A DNA stretch of 63,870 nt, counting the filler, from Chrysochromulina tobinii (lineage: Eukaryota): NCBI GenBank assembly GCA_001275005.1. It is 8 parts of 8 records of this genome, joined end to end, with 100 filler letters (N's around TTAATTAATTAA, not from the genome) between each part and the next. Parts side by side here need not be neighbours in the genome. Positions count along the whole stretch, not along the records: positions 1 to 11,409 come from JWZX01000927.1; positions 11,510 to 15,929 come from JWZX01000929.1; positions 16,030 to 20,732 come from JWZX01000930.1; positions 20,833 to 28,059 come from JWZX01000931.1; 4 more parts are not named here. One strand, given 5' to 3'. The translations under genes and the position numbers were made by a program. The stretch's first letter is position 1. Each line of letters opens with the position of its first letter. Below, in pieces: positions 10,463-22,959 of the stretch. The notes beneath the pieces were generated by a model. The model saw nothing but the letters and a program-made list of their open reading frames with translations, made no database searches and was not told the origin of the DNA.

Positions 10463-11322
10463 AGCTGCTTCTCGCGAAGCTTGTGTGTGGTGCTCGTGGT
10501 GGGGGTGGTGCGCAGTGACTCTGGGCTCGGCAGCTCGAGGGCGTCCGGCAGGTACGGATGGTAGTCGCTCTCGACGGAGCCGTCGACGCAGTGGTACTCG
10601 CGCGAGTCGAGCTCGGCGTGGCGCGCACGCACGCTATCGAGCGTGGAGGCGAGGGCGGCGCAGGCGGAGACGGCGGCGTTGGTAAGGTGGTGGCTGTCCG
10701 AGCAGGTAGCCCAACCTCGACCTCGTCGACCACATCCGCGACTTTGGCAAGGCGCGCAACGCCACCCAGCTGCGCTCGCACCTCATGCGCGTCATCGCCA
10801 GCGCCATCCCGGCACACTGGATGCGCATGATGATGCCACACGTCACCGCCGCCGCCGCCACCGCCGTGGACGCGCGCATCGAGGAATCCTTTGCGTCACT
10901 CGCTAACCTGGCGCACAGCCCGCCCGAGCGTCGCGCCCTGTCGCGCTCGGTCGCCAGCCTTCGCATCCGCGAGGGCGGCTTCGAGCTGGCGGCATTCAGC
11001 GCCACCCGCACCGCCCTCTTCCTCGCCGCCTACGTGAAGTCGCGACCTACGATCGCGCGCATCTTCCCGCCGTCGGCTACCTGCTCCGACAGCCACCACC
11101 TCGCCAACGCCGCCGTTGCCGCCTGCGCCGCCCTCTCCTCCACGCTCGATAGCGTGCGCGCGCGCCACGCCGTGCTCGACTCGCGCGAGTACCACTGCGT
11201 CGACGGCTCCGTCGAGAGCGACTACCACCCGTACCTGCCCGACGCCCTCGAGCTGCCGAGCCCAGAGTCACTACGCACCGCCCCCACCACGAGCACCACA
11301 CCCAAGCTTCGCGAGAAGCAGC
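10463..11322. repeat. ~250-bp imperfect inverted duplication (10463-10711 vs 11075-11322)
   Basis: Both arms encode ..RARHA(E/V)LDSREYHCVDGSVESDYHPYLPDALELPSPESLRT.. on opposite strands, with scattered mismatches. Confidence 0.9.
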
Positions 11323-12364
11323 GTCGCGCACGGCCACCACCTCCTTCTTCACGCACCACCTGCGACTCATCTCGCTCGCCGCCGTGATCGGCGCGGCGCT
11401 CCCCGTCGCNNNNNNNNNNNNNNNNNNNNNNNNNNNNNNNNNNNNNNNNNNNNTTAATTAATTAANNNNNNNNNNNNNNNNNNNNNNNNNNNNNNNNNNN
11501 NNNNNNNNNCCACTGATGCCGCCTGATGACCACTGATGCCGCCTCTCCATAGCGTCTGATGGCCTCCCTGAGTCGCCATGCTTTCTCGTCTGGAAAACGA
11601 GCGCGTTCAAAAGCGAACGCGGTTCGGGCGTTGAATCCAAATTTGGACACACACACACACACACACACGCGCGAAAAAAGGCTAAAGGGTCCGCCGGACC
11701 AAAACCTATCGGGTCGCGAATTGCAACGACTGCGGCCCCGGCTCGGAATTCCGCCCGGCTCCGGGCCGACGGCACGCGCACCATTGTGCATCGTCACAAG
11801 TGGAGTACTGGTAAGGTGAAAGCGGTTTGTACCTTGTAGGAACCCTTCATGTGTCTGAGTGACAACTGAGTCTAGAGAACTAATGTGTCTAAAGTAAGAA
11901 ACGAGAAACGACAAAAGGGGGTGGGGAAGCCAGCGGTAGCACTCTAAACATTTTCGCTGGTGAATTTTCGAAGTGTGAAACAGTAGTGTGAACAGAGTTT
12001 GGTTCGGACCCAAAAGCGGAGCACACAACTCATTGCCTAAACGAGCACTCTTTTCAGGCAAGTGGCCCTGCCAGTGCCTGTTCCAAACATCGCCGCTTGG
12101 CCGCTAGGATGGGGGATCCAATTGCGTTCCCGAGCCACTCCAGCTGCCCGTCGGCCACGCTCGAAGGCTGTCCCAAGCCGTCGCATCCGCGGAGACACTT
12201 CGGTTGTCCTTGCGCGTGGCAAAGCACGCGGCCTGTGCGATTCCTTGCTGGATGCTGCTGGCCTCTGCGCGCGTCGCATGGCACGCGGCCTGCGATCACG
12301 AAAAGCTAACACAATGCAGCATGGCTGACCATCGCGTGTTGCGTCCCGCTCGCTTGCAGATCAA

Positions 12365-12760
12365 ATGATTGCCGCTGCTGTCATCGCGCTTCAAGTCCTC
12401 GGCGTGCCGCAGGAGCATGTTGTCGATGCCCTTCGCCGCCCCGGAGAGCCCATCCACCAGGAGAACCTTGGCTCGCTCGGCCTGCCCGTCGATATTGAGT
12501 GGGTCTACGGCCCTCACCCTGATCTCAACCACTGCTACTACATCAAGTGCAAGAAGGGCGGCGGCCTGCACGAGCCGGGCCAGAAGTGCCAGGGTCAGAA
12601 GAAGGTGTCCCACTTGCCCCACGAGAACTGCATCGATGCGAAGTTCCCCCACTGCTACGATCTCGTGTGCAAGCTCGGCAACGGCCTCAATAAGGCCGGC
12701 CAGCAGTGCTCCCCCGACACTGACCACACTTCGCCCAACGGCGGCAAGTGCCGCAAGTAA
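12365..12760 (+). CDS. Small putatively secreted cysteine-rich protein with two internal repeats
   Basis: Hydrophobic N-terminus MIAAAVIALQVLG. Repeats HCYYIKCKKGGGLHEPGQKC and HCYDLVCKLGNGLNKAGQQC. Strong GC3 codon bias. Confidence 0.7.
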   Translation: MIAAAVIALQVLGVPQEHVVDALRRPGEPIHQENLGSLGLPVDIEWVYGPHPDLNHCYYIKCKKGGGLHEPGQKCQGQKKVSHLPHENCIDAKFPHCYDLVCKLGNGLNKAGQQCSPDTDHTSPNGGKCRK

Positions 12761-14329
12761 AAGCACCTTTTACGATGCCCAAGGACAATGGGCATGGGCG
12801 ATCGATGCGCATGACGCGGCATGCGCGTCGTTCGCACTCTCAGCCGGGCCGCGGTGCGAGGGCGAGGACGTGACGTCGGACAGTCTAAGGCAAACAACCA
12901 AAAACATGTGCGTACCTTCGTGTGGTGCGCCCGCCAGGCCACGACTTTCTGTGTAACGGCAGGCGCTTGAGCAGTACTTGTGTTGACCGAGGGGTGCGGA
13001 GCCGTCCTTTGAGACTGTGCGCGTGCACGTACTCCCCCACCCCTTTCCAAGCTATTTGTACTTGAGCCACCCCTCATATCACATTAGGGCGCGGAGTATG
13101 TGTACTTGAGGGTGCAGTATTCAGGGGGTGATTAGTGATTGGTTTTCAGTGTGACGACGGGCGTTTTTCCAAGTGAGTTGAGCTATCTACTCTGAGTCTC
13201 TGACTGCACTAACGGTACTGCGGGAGTAACTGCGGGAGAACGTTACTAGGACGGTAGGTCCCGCACAGTACCACAGTTATACTCACGGTTTGCTACTGGA
13301 AGCCGGCTACCGCAGCTAGACGTGCGTGGCTCAGATGCTTGCGCAGCCACGGGCGAGCTCGGCTGGATGTTTAACTGGATGTTTCGTGCTCCGGCCTTTG
13401 CCACGCAACAATTGGAGCGTCCATCAACTGAATGGTCGTCCAGTGCCTGGAGCACCTGTCACAGCTTGCCAGAAGCCTCATGAACACGGCCCGATGCGCC
13501 GACCGCAGAGCCGCGGCGATTCCAGGGAGAGTCACCGCACGCCGAAGTTAGGGAGCCGCTCCTTCCGGCTCGAACGTCCCGCTCGGCGCTGTCGCCGTCA
13601 TCTGGACGTCTTGAAACCAGATCACGTGGAAAAGAGCGTCGCGTCATCAGTCATGGGACGGGCGTGGGGAAGGCGACGCTCGGCGCCGTGATCGAGCGCG
13701 TCGCCGTGCTCGTCGACGGTGGGCACGGACGTGCTCGCACCGCTCCGGTCGCCTACAAGCGCGTTGCCGTGCGTGGGCACGTCTGCGTGCGTGTGGTAGT
13801 GCAGACAAAGGTGCTGACGCCGACGGCGTCTACGAACAGAAAAATCGAAACCGATCCATCAAATAGGTTCCAAAAAAGGGGTCTGAGGAATGAAATGCAT
13901 GCGACTTTGGAAGAGGGGCTACCGGCACCAGCGTGTCCCCAGACGCTCATCTTCGGCCGACCGAAGGCCACACACCGGCTCAAGGCAACGCACGCGTGAG
14001 CGCGTGCACGTACTCCCCCACCCCTTTCCGACGTATAGTTACGGGAGAGGTAGTGAACATGTGTGTGCCCCGGCGGTGTGAAAAATATTTTGAAACTTAT
14101 TTGAAGGTAGATACAAGTTTTTGTGTCGTTCTCACACGTGAAACGATCGAAAGGATCTAGTATACGTCCTTCCTATATCGACATCAACGAGTCAAGGCCC
14201 TTACAAACCAGCTGATGTGTGTTTCTAACTGTAACTTATGTTCTTCTGGTTCTGTTCCGGGTGTTGCTTCCGTGTTGATCGCGCGCCGCGCCCGTCGCGT
14301 TCACGTTTCAGTTGTGCATAGTGGTCTCA

Positions 14330-15169
14330 TCAACTTGCCTTTTTCGGCCGCTCAGGTACCACGAGCCTCTGCCGCTGTAACGCGCGCAGCTGACGTGCAA
14401 ACGTGGGACCACCCTCGGGGCATACATTGCCCGTGCGGAATATGCGCAGAAGCATTTGGTTCGTGTGGATCAGCTTCGCCGTGTGGACGCCGAGCTGGTC
14501 GTCGAAAGTGGCCGCGGCCACGACCATGTCCCGGGGTGCCGTGTGCACGAGCTCAAGCGGGCCTCGGGTCGCCGACTTGATCTTGTCACTCAACTTTCGC
14601 CACATTCGCCGCGCCCACGCAGCCGTGCGCTCGCTTCTGCTCTCCAGGTTAACCTTGGCACCCCTCACGTCGACTTCTTCGGGCTTCGGCTCCGGATGGA
14701 GCCAATTTCGGTACGCCTTGCCTCGCGCCTCGACGTTCAACTTGCGAATGCGATGGGCACCGCTCTCAACGTTCACTCGTTGGATCGTTTGTCCACCATC
14801 GATGTCTCCGTTCTGACAGAGCCAATCTTGGAAAGTCATTGTTATCGGCCACGGCGAGACACCAGCAAAACCTATGTGCTGCGCCTCCCTCTGTTTCAAC
14901 GTCGGCATTGATCTTGCATGGGTGTATCCCGGGCAGAGAGTTTTCAGATCTGTGTTGCCCTGCTGGAGGCTCCAGATCGTCATGCCTGCGTTCGGGTTCT
15001 GCCTCGGTGCGCTCTTGGCTGTCGCTTTCTCCTTCTTCTCCTCCTCCTTCTCCTCCTCCTTCTCCTCCTCCTTCTCCTCCTCTTGCTCCGACGACACGTT
15101 GCGCTCTTCGCGGTAGGCCATCTTCTGGCCGCCGCCACGCTTGTCCTTGCTTTTGCCACCCTTCGGCAT
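14330..15169 (-). CDS. Hypothetical basic/acidic protein with (EEEK)n
   Basis: Intronless ~280-aa ORF starting MPKGGKSKDKR. No recognised domain. Confidence 0.45.
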   Translation of the reverse strand: MPKGGKSKDKRGGGQKMAYREERNVSSEQEEEKEEEKEEEKEEEKKEKATAKSAPRQNPNAGMTIWSLQQGNTDLKTLCPGYTHARSMPTLKQREAQHIGFAGVSPWPITMTFQDWLCQNGDIDGGQTIQRVNVESGAHRIRKLNVEARGKAYRNWLHPEPKPEEVDVRGAKVNLESRSERTAAWARRMWRKLSDKIKSATRGPLELVHTAPRDMVVAAATFDDQLGVHTAKLIHTNQMLLRIFRTGNVCPEGGPTFARQLRALQRQRLVVPERPKKAS

Positions 15170-16198
15170 CGCGCGCTGGCCACACGCCATGCACACGCCT
15201 ACACTTTGAAACTTCGACCCATGGCGACAGCGAATGCATGCTCATGTTCCGCTGCGCAATACTCAAGCGTTGTGTCTCATCAGGTCATTCTCTGATTGCG
15301 TGCCCGGGTAAGTCAAAGTTCCATGGTAAGTAGTAAGTTACCACGGTCAAACCACGGTCACTTCCGAGCAAGGAGCATGCTTCCGATGACACATCGAACG
15401 AGCCTTTTCAGATACATTTCAGAAATGGCCCATTTCACAAGCGACACGGACTGCGGGCGGCCGAGCGGCCGACAGCGACAGCCGACACACATCTCTGTTA
15501 CATCTCTGTATGATCTCTCTCACATCCGAGATCTCGTACGCACGTCACGACACAACTCACAAGTGCGTAGGCGGAAAGGGAACCCTATGAACAAGCACCC
15601 GACCGACGCGAAACATCGGACCGTCCCCACAGCACCTCCATATTGTACCACAGCTGCGTTACAACTGCGTCCACAGCTAGACACGACCGTGCTATTAATT
15701 CCACGCCATTACGCCGTCGTTCCAGTAGGCCACGCCAGTCTCGTCGCGATCACTTAAGGCAAGACCATGCTCAGGCAACAGCCAGCTCACCATGCGCATG
15801 TAGGCCATGTAGTTCTCTTCAGGTGGCAGCGTCGGCAGGTGCGATCTCCAGTTGACGGCCACCAAGCGGCCAAGATGATCGACTGCGGCGCCGCCGCTGC
15901 CTCCGCTGTGCAGCACGACCGATGCATGCNNNNNNNNNNNNNNNNNNNNNNNNNNNNNNNNNNNNNNNNNNNNTTAATTAATTAANNNNNNNNNNNNNNN
16001 NNNNNNNNNNNNNNNNNNNNNNNNNNNNNCACCCCCTCTTAGTGAGGAAGAGCTCAGTGAGCTACCCGAGTGTGTGTTGTGTGAACGCCTGGTACGGCGC
16101 GCGGAGCGCGGCGTGAGCGATTTTTGGTGCAGATTTTGGCACTCCCTCCTACTTTCTATCGTGGTCGTCTACGTCTTCGATCCTGACTGAGCGCAGAG

Positions 16199-17620
16199 AT
16201 GTCAAAGCCGAGCAGCTTGCCGATTGTAGGGGCTGCACTAGCGCAAAAGAAGAAGCGAGACACGATTGCACTCATTGAGAAGTTGGACACGATGCAGATC
16301 ACTGCACAGTGGATCAATGAAGAATTTCTGTCGGCGCGTCTAAAGCTATCCAGCCAGCAGAAGACGAAGAAGACGAAGAAGACGAACATCTTCTTCTGCT
16401 GGCTTTCGGCATGTTGTGAAGAGCCGAAAAGCGATGAGTCGCCGTCGGAGCAGGACAAACAGCAGCGTATCGAGGAGCTGTCTGAGAACGTGTACGAGCG
16501 CCTGACCACTCAAAAAAATGAGGAGCTGTCTAAGAAGCTGTACGAGCGCCTGACCGATCACGCAATTTACTCTCACAAGCAGTTGGAGGACGTGGCGATG
16601 CAAAAGGGGGGGGTCGCACTACTGCACGAGATCCTGCATTGCAAGGGCGCAGCGGAGGCCATCTCCGAGTATTATGACAACCTCCTGGCTCTTCAGGAAA
16701 GCCTTGCGCCAAAGTTGGACTTGGTGGACATGTTGTTCTCGTGGGCGTTCACCGGTGAGCATATGGACGCGATTTTGACGAACTTCAGCGTTGCCGCTGC
16801 ACTCATCGCAGGTGCATCGATGGCAAACTTCGCTTCAATCACCAAGGAAGACTGGCTCGCGTACCTCACACATGCGTTGCGCGAAGAAGGGTGTCAGGCG
16901 AAGGCGACGGCGCTTTGCGGCCTTGAAGCGCTATCGCCCGATCATCTTGGATGGGCACCTCTCTACTGCCAAAAAGCCGTTGACCTACTTATCGAGACAC
17001 CGACAATGGATCTCACGAATGCCTCCACTTATCCAGATCATCCAGATCTCTCATGCTGCATGGAAGCCCTCGAGTGCGCCAAAAATTTACAGTGGAACCT
17101 GGAGTTTGCGTACACCGCTGGGTGCTGTTTTTCGTCAGCCGCCATGCTCCTTGTTATTGTCTTCAGCGCGTGGATTTACATCGCACTGAATTTATCGTCG
17201 GCCAACCGTGAGCGCATTCGAGAAGCAAAGCTACACAATGAACGTTTCCGAGGGGAGTTTTTGATTGTGTTCTTTCTTTTCCACTCTGGTGTTATCTTCG
17301 GATTAATTAATATATTTACCGTCATCTCGCTCAAGGTTGGGACGCGCGGCATGGAGTGGATCGCCTATGGTATCAACATGTACGCCGCGTTCATCGCCTT
17401 GGCCATCATCATCGTGATCCCTTTAAAGGTCTATCGGCTCAATCAAGCGATCGATGAAGAGCGAGGTTTCGACAAGGAAAACCTTGTTGTCAAATATAGG
17501 GAACTTCTTGACATCAAATATAAGAAGTTCCTCGCTGCTCATAACGCTGCTCAACAGGCTGAGGCGAAGGAGGCCGCCCAAAAGGCCCCAAAGGCGGATG
17601 AGAAGATGCTTGATGCTTGA
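16199..17620 (+). CDS. Multi-pass membrane protein with a Cys-rich loop, unknown function
   Basis: 473-aa ORF with about four hydrophobic helices (NFSVAAALIAGASM, AMLLVIVFSAWIYIAL, FLIVFFLFHSGVIFGLINIF, AAFIALAIIIVIPL). Confidence 0.75.
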   Translation: MSKPSSLPIVGAALAQKKKRDTIALIEKLDTMQITAQWINEEFLSARLKLSSQQKTKKTKKTNIFFCWLSACCEEPKSDESPSEQDKQQRIEELSENVYERLTTQKNEELSKKLYERLTDHAIYSHKQLEDVAMQKGGVALLHEILHCKGAAEAISEYYDNLLALQESLAPKLDLVDMLFSWAFTGEHMDAILTNFSVAAALIAGASMANFASITKEDWLAYLTHALREEGCQAKATALCGLEALSPDHLGWAPLYCQKAVDLLIETPTMDLTNASTYPDHPDLSCCMEALECAKNLQWNLEFAYTAGCCFSSAAMLLVIVFSAWIYIALNLSSANRERIREAKLHNERFRGEFLIVFFLFHSGVIFGLINIFTVISLKVGTRGMEWIAYGINMYAAFIALAIIIVIPLKVYRLNQAIDEERGFDKENLVVKYRELLDIKYKKFLAAHNAAQQAEAKEAAQKAPKADEKMLDA

Positions 17621-17872
17621 GAACCTTGAGAGGGCTGGGACGCCGCCAAAGGTTCGTTTACTGATCTCGCGCGAGATGCGCGCGGAGATCGCTAAACGAG
17701 ACCGAAGCGGAGGCGGCCCCCAAGGTGATGCACAGGCTGGGCAGGAGGCGGGGCGGATGGGATCGCTGTGGCGCGTAAGCGGCCGAGGCGGCTGAGGCGG
17801 CCACGCATCAAGGCGGCGGTCTCGTGGACGGTGACTGTATTGGGGATGCCTTCAGTAGCTGAACACCGCACG

Positions 17873-17970
17873 TTCCATGATGGGGGCGGCCGGTCATGTG
17901 AACGAAGTCGGCAGGGGGTCCTTCCATGATGGGGGCGGCCGGTCATGTGAACGAAGTCGGCAGGGGGTCC
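17873..17970. repeat. Two-copy ~49-bp tandem duplication
   Basis: ttccatgatgggggcggccggtcatgtgaacgaagtcggcagggggtcc occurs twice. Confidence 0.9.
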
Positions 17971-18313
17971 GCTTCGATGTAACGTGGTCTGGTTGGGGGT
18001 TGGCGTTGGGGGTCCGGACCTTGTAGACCGCCGGTGTGTTTGTCCACCGTGCGTCGCGATCGCTGCGTGGCAGTGTATCCGGTGTGTGCAAATTTCGTGT
18101 GGTAGTGTGGCGCCGGCGGTCGGTGGCTGCGGTGCGCGCTCGGACGGGACGCGGCGCGTCCGCACGCGCGTGTGTCGGATTCGATTGACTGGACGGCCTT
18201 CGAGATGCCATCCGGCAACTGCGAAGTGTTTTTGGTCTGAAAAAAACCCGCTCTCAACGCCGGACGATTATAACTGCAAGCACTCTTTCGTGTCCGTAGT
18301 CAAGACTCAGGAT

Positions 18314-20360
18314 TCAGCCCCCCGCATGATCCGTCACCATCTTGAGCAGCTCAGGCTGCCGATCCTTCACGGCCATCGCCACCTTGCGCGCATCGTCCAC
18401 GCGCCCGATCCGGAGCCAGATGGGCACCGCCTCCACGGGCGTCAGCTTCGGCGCATACTTGGCCGCTTCGTCACTCGCGCCTTGCTCGAGGCATGCATCA
18501 GCAAAGGGCTGGAACCCAATGGGCGAGCGGCGTGCGGAGCCGAGATCGGCCCACAACGTGGGCCAATCGCGCTTGTGGCTCAATCCCTTGAGCTTGAGAC
18601 GCCACCAGCGCTTCTCAGGCACCTGATGAGGTGGGCAATCAGACACGCATGAAGACCATCAGAGGCCATCAGAGGCCATCAGAGGCCATCAACGGCCATC
18701 AGAGGCCATCAGAGGCCATAAACGGACCTTGAGGTCATCAACGGCCATCAACGGCCATCAACGGCCATCAGAGGCCATCAAGTGACGTACCTTGAGATCA
18801 TTCTTCAGCTTCTCGGCCGCGCCAGGCTGCCCAAAGGCCCACGCCCGATACAGCGTCTCGTTGAGCGGTTGGTCGAGGAAGCGAAAGCCCTGATGAGGCA
18901 TGCAATCCGTGGCCCTCAGAGGGCAATCAGAGGTCATCAGCGGCCCACTCAGAGGCGCACTCAGAGGCGATCACGCGCACCGACTAAGAATCAAAGGCCG
19001 AGGGCGGAGCGCCGACGGGGGGCTTGTGCCCCAGCGTGTCACGCTCGAGCTGGCGCTGTACGTCGAGCAGTTTGAGCTGCTCCTCCGTCTGGCGCGCGAG
19101 AGCGGCGCATTGGGGCGAGGACGCGGCCGAGTGCTCATAGAACTGGAGCGCGATGGCAAGGCCTCGCATGCGTTGTGCCCATGTGGGAGCCTTGTACGCC
19201 TCGCGGATAGCCAGGGCGGCGGCGTCGACGGGGCGGTTGGTATGGTAGAAGAGCGCCTTGAGTGTCTCAGGCTCTCGTGCGCGGCAGTAGATGGCGAACA
19301 GGTGCTGCGCGTTTGGCTGTGGGCGCAGCGCAGGCAATAGGAGGGTCATCAGTAGCGATCAGGGGGTCATCAAGGGCGAACCAGGTGGTCATCAAGGAGC
19401 CATCGACCTGTGGAAGCAGCAGGAGGCCATCAGAGGCCATCAGAGGCCATCAGAGGCCGTCAGAAGCCATCAGAGGCCATCGTACCTGTGGAAGCAGCAG
19501 CTCGTAGAATTCGGCCTCGGCAAGCGTCGTCTTGGCATGCAAGAGGACCAGATGGACTAACTCCACGTCTGCGGAATGCGCCGCCTTCTCGAGCGCGAGA
19601 GGCAGCTCTCCCATGCGCAGGAGGAGGGGCACCTGCTGGGCCGGCCGAGGCTCCTGCTCGAGCACACATCAAGGGAGGTTAAGGGAGGTCAAGGGAGGTC
19701 AAGGGAGGTCATCAGAGGTCATCAGAGGTCATCAGAGGTCATATGAGGTCATCAGAGGTCGTCAGAGGCTCCTGCTCGAGCACACATGATAGAAAGGCGC
19801 TTACGTCAGTGAAACTATCACTCGCAGTCACTGAGGTCATCAATGAGGTCATCAGGGGCCATCAGCGCGCCTGCTCGAGCAGCTTATGAAGGAGGCAATC
19901 AGAGGTCATCCGAGGTCATCCGAGGCCATCAGCGCACCTGCTCGAGCAGCTTATGAAGGAGGCAATCAGAGGCCATCCGAGGTCATCCGAGGCCATTAGC
20001 GCACCTGCTCGAGCAGCATCGTGGCAAGGCGCTGCCGACCGACCCGATGCGCCTCCGCCGCAATCTCCGCCACGCAAGGCTTCGCAGCCTCCGAGGATCC
20101 CATTGTGAGCCGGGTGCGCAGCTTCTCGAGCAGCGCCTCGGCCTCTCCGCCTCAGACAGGCCCCGTCCTTCGTCCGAGAAGCCGCGTGTGGACACACACG
20201 CGGTGGAGGTGGTGCACAAAGGCGTCGACGCGCGTGGCAATCAGCCTTAAATCGAGACGCTCCTCCCCAAGCCGGCCCTCCTACCCGTCGATCTGGCTGA
20301 GCAACGTCTCACGCACCTGCAGCCGCCTGCACCGCGGATCGTCATTGAGAATGCCGATAA
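18314..20360 (-). CDS. VPS16: Vacuolar protein sorting 16 (HOPS/CORVET), C-terminal part, multi-exon, 5'-incomplete
   Basis: Exon peptides LLEQEPRPAQQVPLLLRMGELPLALEKA..DVELVHLVLLH and VPEKRWWRLKLKGL..DW..RSPIGFQPFADAC match Vps16_C. Introns contain (GATGGCCTCT)n. Confidence 0.85.
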
Positions 20361-21926
20361 GGAGGAGTCGATGGGCGGCAGGTGAGAGTGCTCGTGATGG
20401 CCTCTTGATTGCTCGTGCTTGCCGAGGAGTCGATGGGCGGCAGGAGAGTGCTCGCGGTAGCTCGCACGGGCACTGCCCTCTGAGCCCATTCACAGCCCGT
20501 TCACACCGCCCTCTGAACCTCTCTCGGAGTGCCTCGTGTCGCTGCTGAGTGCCCCTGATTGCCTCGCTCGTATCAGGAGTTGGATGCGAGATTCACGTGC
20601 GTATCTCGGGGCGAGCTGGGCTGGACCTCCGGTCACTAGTGCTCAACAGGGCGTGCATGTTGACACGGAAGGGACGACGTCGGGCCGGGGCTGGATACGC
20701 GATTCGCGAGCAATTGGCGAGTACCTTGGAGCNNNNNNNNNNNNNNNNNNNNNNNNNNNNNNNNNNNNNNNNNNNNTTAATTAATTAANNNNNNNNNNNN
20801 NNNNNNNNNNNNNNNNNNNNNNNNNNNNNNNNCTTATTTGCAAACTCGCTATATACCTATACCTTGGCTCAGATTCCAAATTCCAATCCTGGCCCCAAGG
20901 CCCCCAAGGCCAAGATGTGTAGGATTCCGAGAGTCCGAAGCTTGAAATTACATTTCCCCCCCTGTAATGTCACACAACCCATAAGCGACAACATTAACTA
21001 TTGTATTCACAAGATATTCACAAACTTACATGTATGGTCTATGGATACCCGCCGCTTTCACCGCCTTATGTTTCCCTTTCGATCATACCCATTAGCCGAT
21101 TTGGCTTTCAGAATCAGGTCATGCTCACAGCCCAGTGAATGCACCAGGCTCTTCTCCTTCTTGCCAAATGCTTGGCATGTGTCAGCGCAGAGCTTGCCAG
21201 TCGTCAGATTGTGCTGGAGCTGTCTAGTCTTTCCCCAATGGTAGGTGCGGTGATGAGGCATGATGCCAGCCAGATCAGGCTCACGGTACCCCTGCTCGTT
21301 GCACTGACGCTGCTCGTTGCACTGACGCTTGCTGCTCGAGTTGTTGGACTGCTCGCTCGGTCGCTTGCTGGGCGGGGCGTGCACCAGTGGCTGCATGTAC
21401 TCGGTGGCGGCAGCCTCTGCTGCTGACAAACGTGCTGCCCAGGTGAAGGGGTTGCCGCTGCTGCTGCTCTGACTGACCTGTCTGGGCACAGCGACTGCCA
21501 CATTCGCGTCCTCCATTGGCACCTTAAGCACTCTGACTCTCACAGCAGTATGACTAGAGGACCCACACATAAACCACCAAGCACCAACCAGTGAACCGCC
21601 CCCGCGACGCTGCTGGCTGACGCCCTCATCCACGTACAGCGCCTCGGGGTGGCTTTCGAGCGCTGCATCCTCGGGGGGCTTGACACGTCGCCCTGCAGCC
21701 TGCACGCCGTCGGTCGCACCTCGGGCGAGAGTCAAGCAGGCGGGGATGCGCCTCTTCCTGCTTGACCCCGCTCCGTTCCTGGTCATGGCGGCGGACCTAT
21801 ACCCGGTCACTCAGACGCCCCGGGCTCAATACCGTACCTGTACGAGAAGGGAGCACGCGCACGCGAAAGCGAGACCGTGCTGCTCCCGCGCGTGCTGCCT
21901 GCTGAGCGCGTGGCCCATCGCACAAG

Positions 21927-22075
21927 ATGCATTCACATGCATTATTTGTATGTTGCATTCTATACATGCCGCATCTTAACGCATTCCAACACATTCCAAC
22001 ACATTCTCAGCTTGGTGCATTTTGAATGTGCTGCATTCTACCTGTGATGCATTTATGTGCATTCTTGTGTATTTG
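21927..22075. repeat. AT-rich tract with repeated GCATT motifs, probably transposon-derived
   Basis: About ten (T)GCATT/ACATT motifs in 150 bp within a gene-poor region. Confidence 0.45.
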
Positions 22076-22721
22076 GCTGCAAACTCGCGCGCCGCCAAGC
22101 CACTATTGACCCAAGAAGGCATTTCCTGGGTCAATATTGTTTGTCCTCGTGGTCGCTTTCGCGTGCGCGTGCTCAGGTATGCGGCGCCGCTTGCGTCGCC
22201 GCCCGCGCATGCCCAGTATCTGTAGCGCGAGCATGTGGTCAATATCGGCCAGCGGCTCGAAAGTCCCGTCGCCCGAGACGAACCATAGCAGGCATGCAAC
22301 GGCCGCCTCGGGCGGTACGCACACGCACGTCACAGCCTGGGAGCCCGGCGCCACGACCGAGCCCGACCGTCAGTCGTCTGTCTCTCCGCTCCCTCAGGCC
22401 GGGAACGGGCTTCAGGCTTCCAGGGGCTGTCCATAAACGCTGTCCATCAGCCTGAGCCTCCAGGGCCTCCACCCTCTCGGCGTGGCACACTCTCGGCGCT
22501 GGCCCTGGTGGAACAGGAGGAAACCAGGAGGGCCGGCAGGCCCTGGGGGTCCTGAGGTCACTCGGGGTCGCTGGTGGTCACTGGTCTGGCCGTCTGGGTG
22601 AATAAGGGCACATTGAGGGATACGCAGGCCGTTAAAGTTGGTGGCGAAGTTTTCGTTTCTGTTGTCCCGTGTGTCGTGTGTGTGTGTGTCGCGGCTCCCC
22701 CCGGTGTTTTTGAACCGATCA

Positions 22722-22822
22722 CGTCAAGTCAAGTCTATACAGAAACAACAGACAACCATACGGAAGCCTATCAATGTGCTCCGGAAGCCAGCAGGGGAGG
22801 TCGACTTGACGCTTGACTTGAC
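22722..22822 (-). repeat. Copy 2 of the short dispersed element, bounded by inverted (CAAGT)n/(ACTTG)n
   Basis: gtcaagtcaagtc..acaacagacaaccatacggaagcctat..gacttgacgcttgacttgac. Confidence 0.8.
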
Positions 22823-22959
22823 TCGAATTTTGAACCGATACGGCGCTAGGGCCTCATTTCGTTCGCCTCTCCAACATGCTGCACATTAGGGCCTCAGCGC
22901 GCTCCGGCCCAGACTCGCCTGCAGACGCCCCCTCAGGCTCACTCTTAAAGCTCACTCTC

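Noticed and set aside
11410..11509. Recurrent N-run/TTAATTAATTAA motif (seven times)
   Set aside because: Artificial contig linker with stops in all six frames. It is not biological, and cross-linker gene neighbourhoods were not interpreted.
21058..21810. 250-aa minus-strand ORF and the 35083-35701 fragments
   Set aside because: No recognisable domain. Probably transposon-derived or decayed, with too little support for a call.
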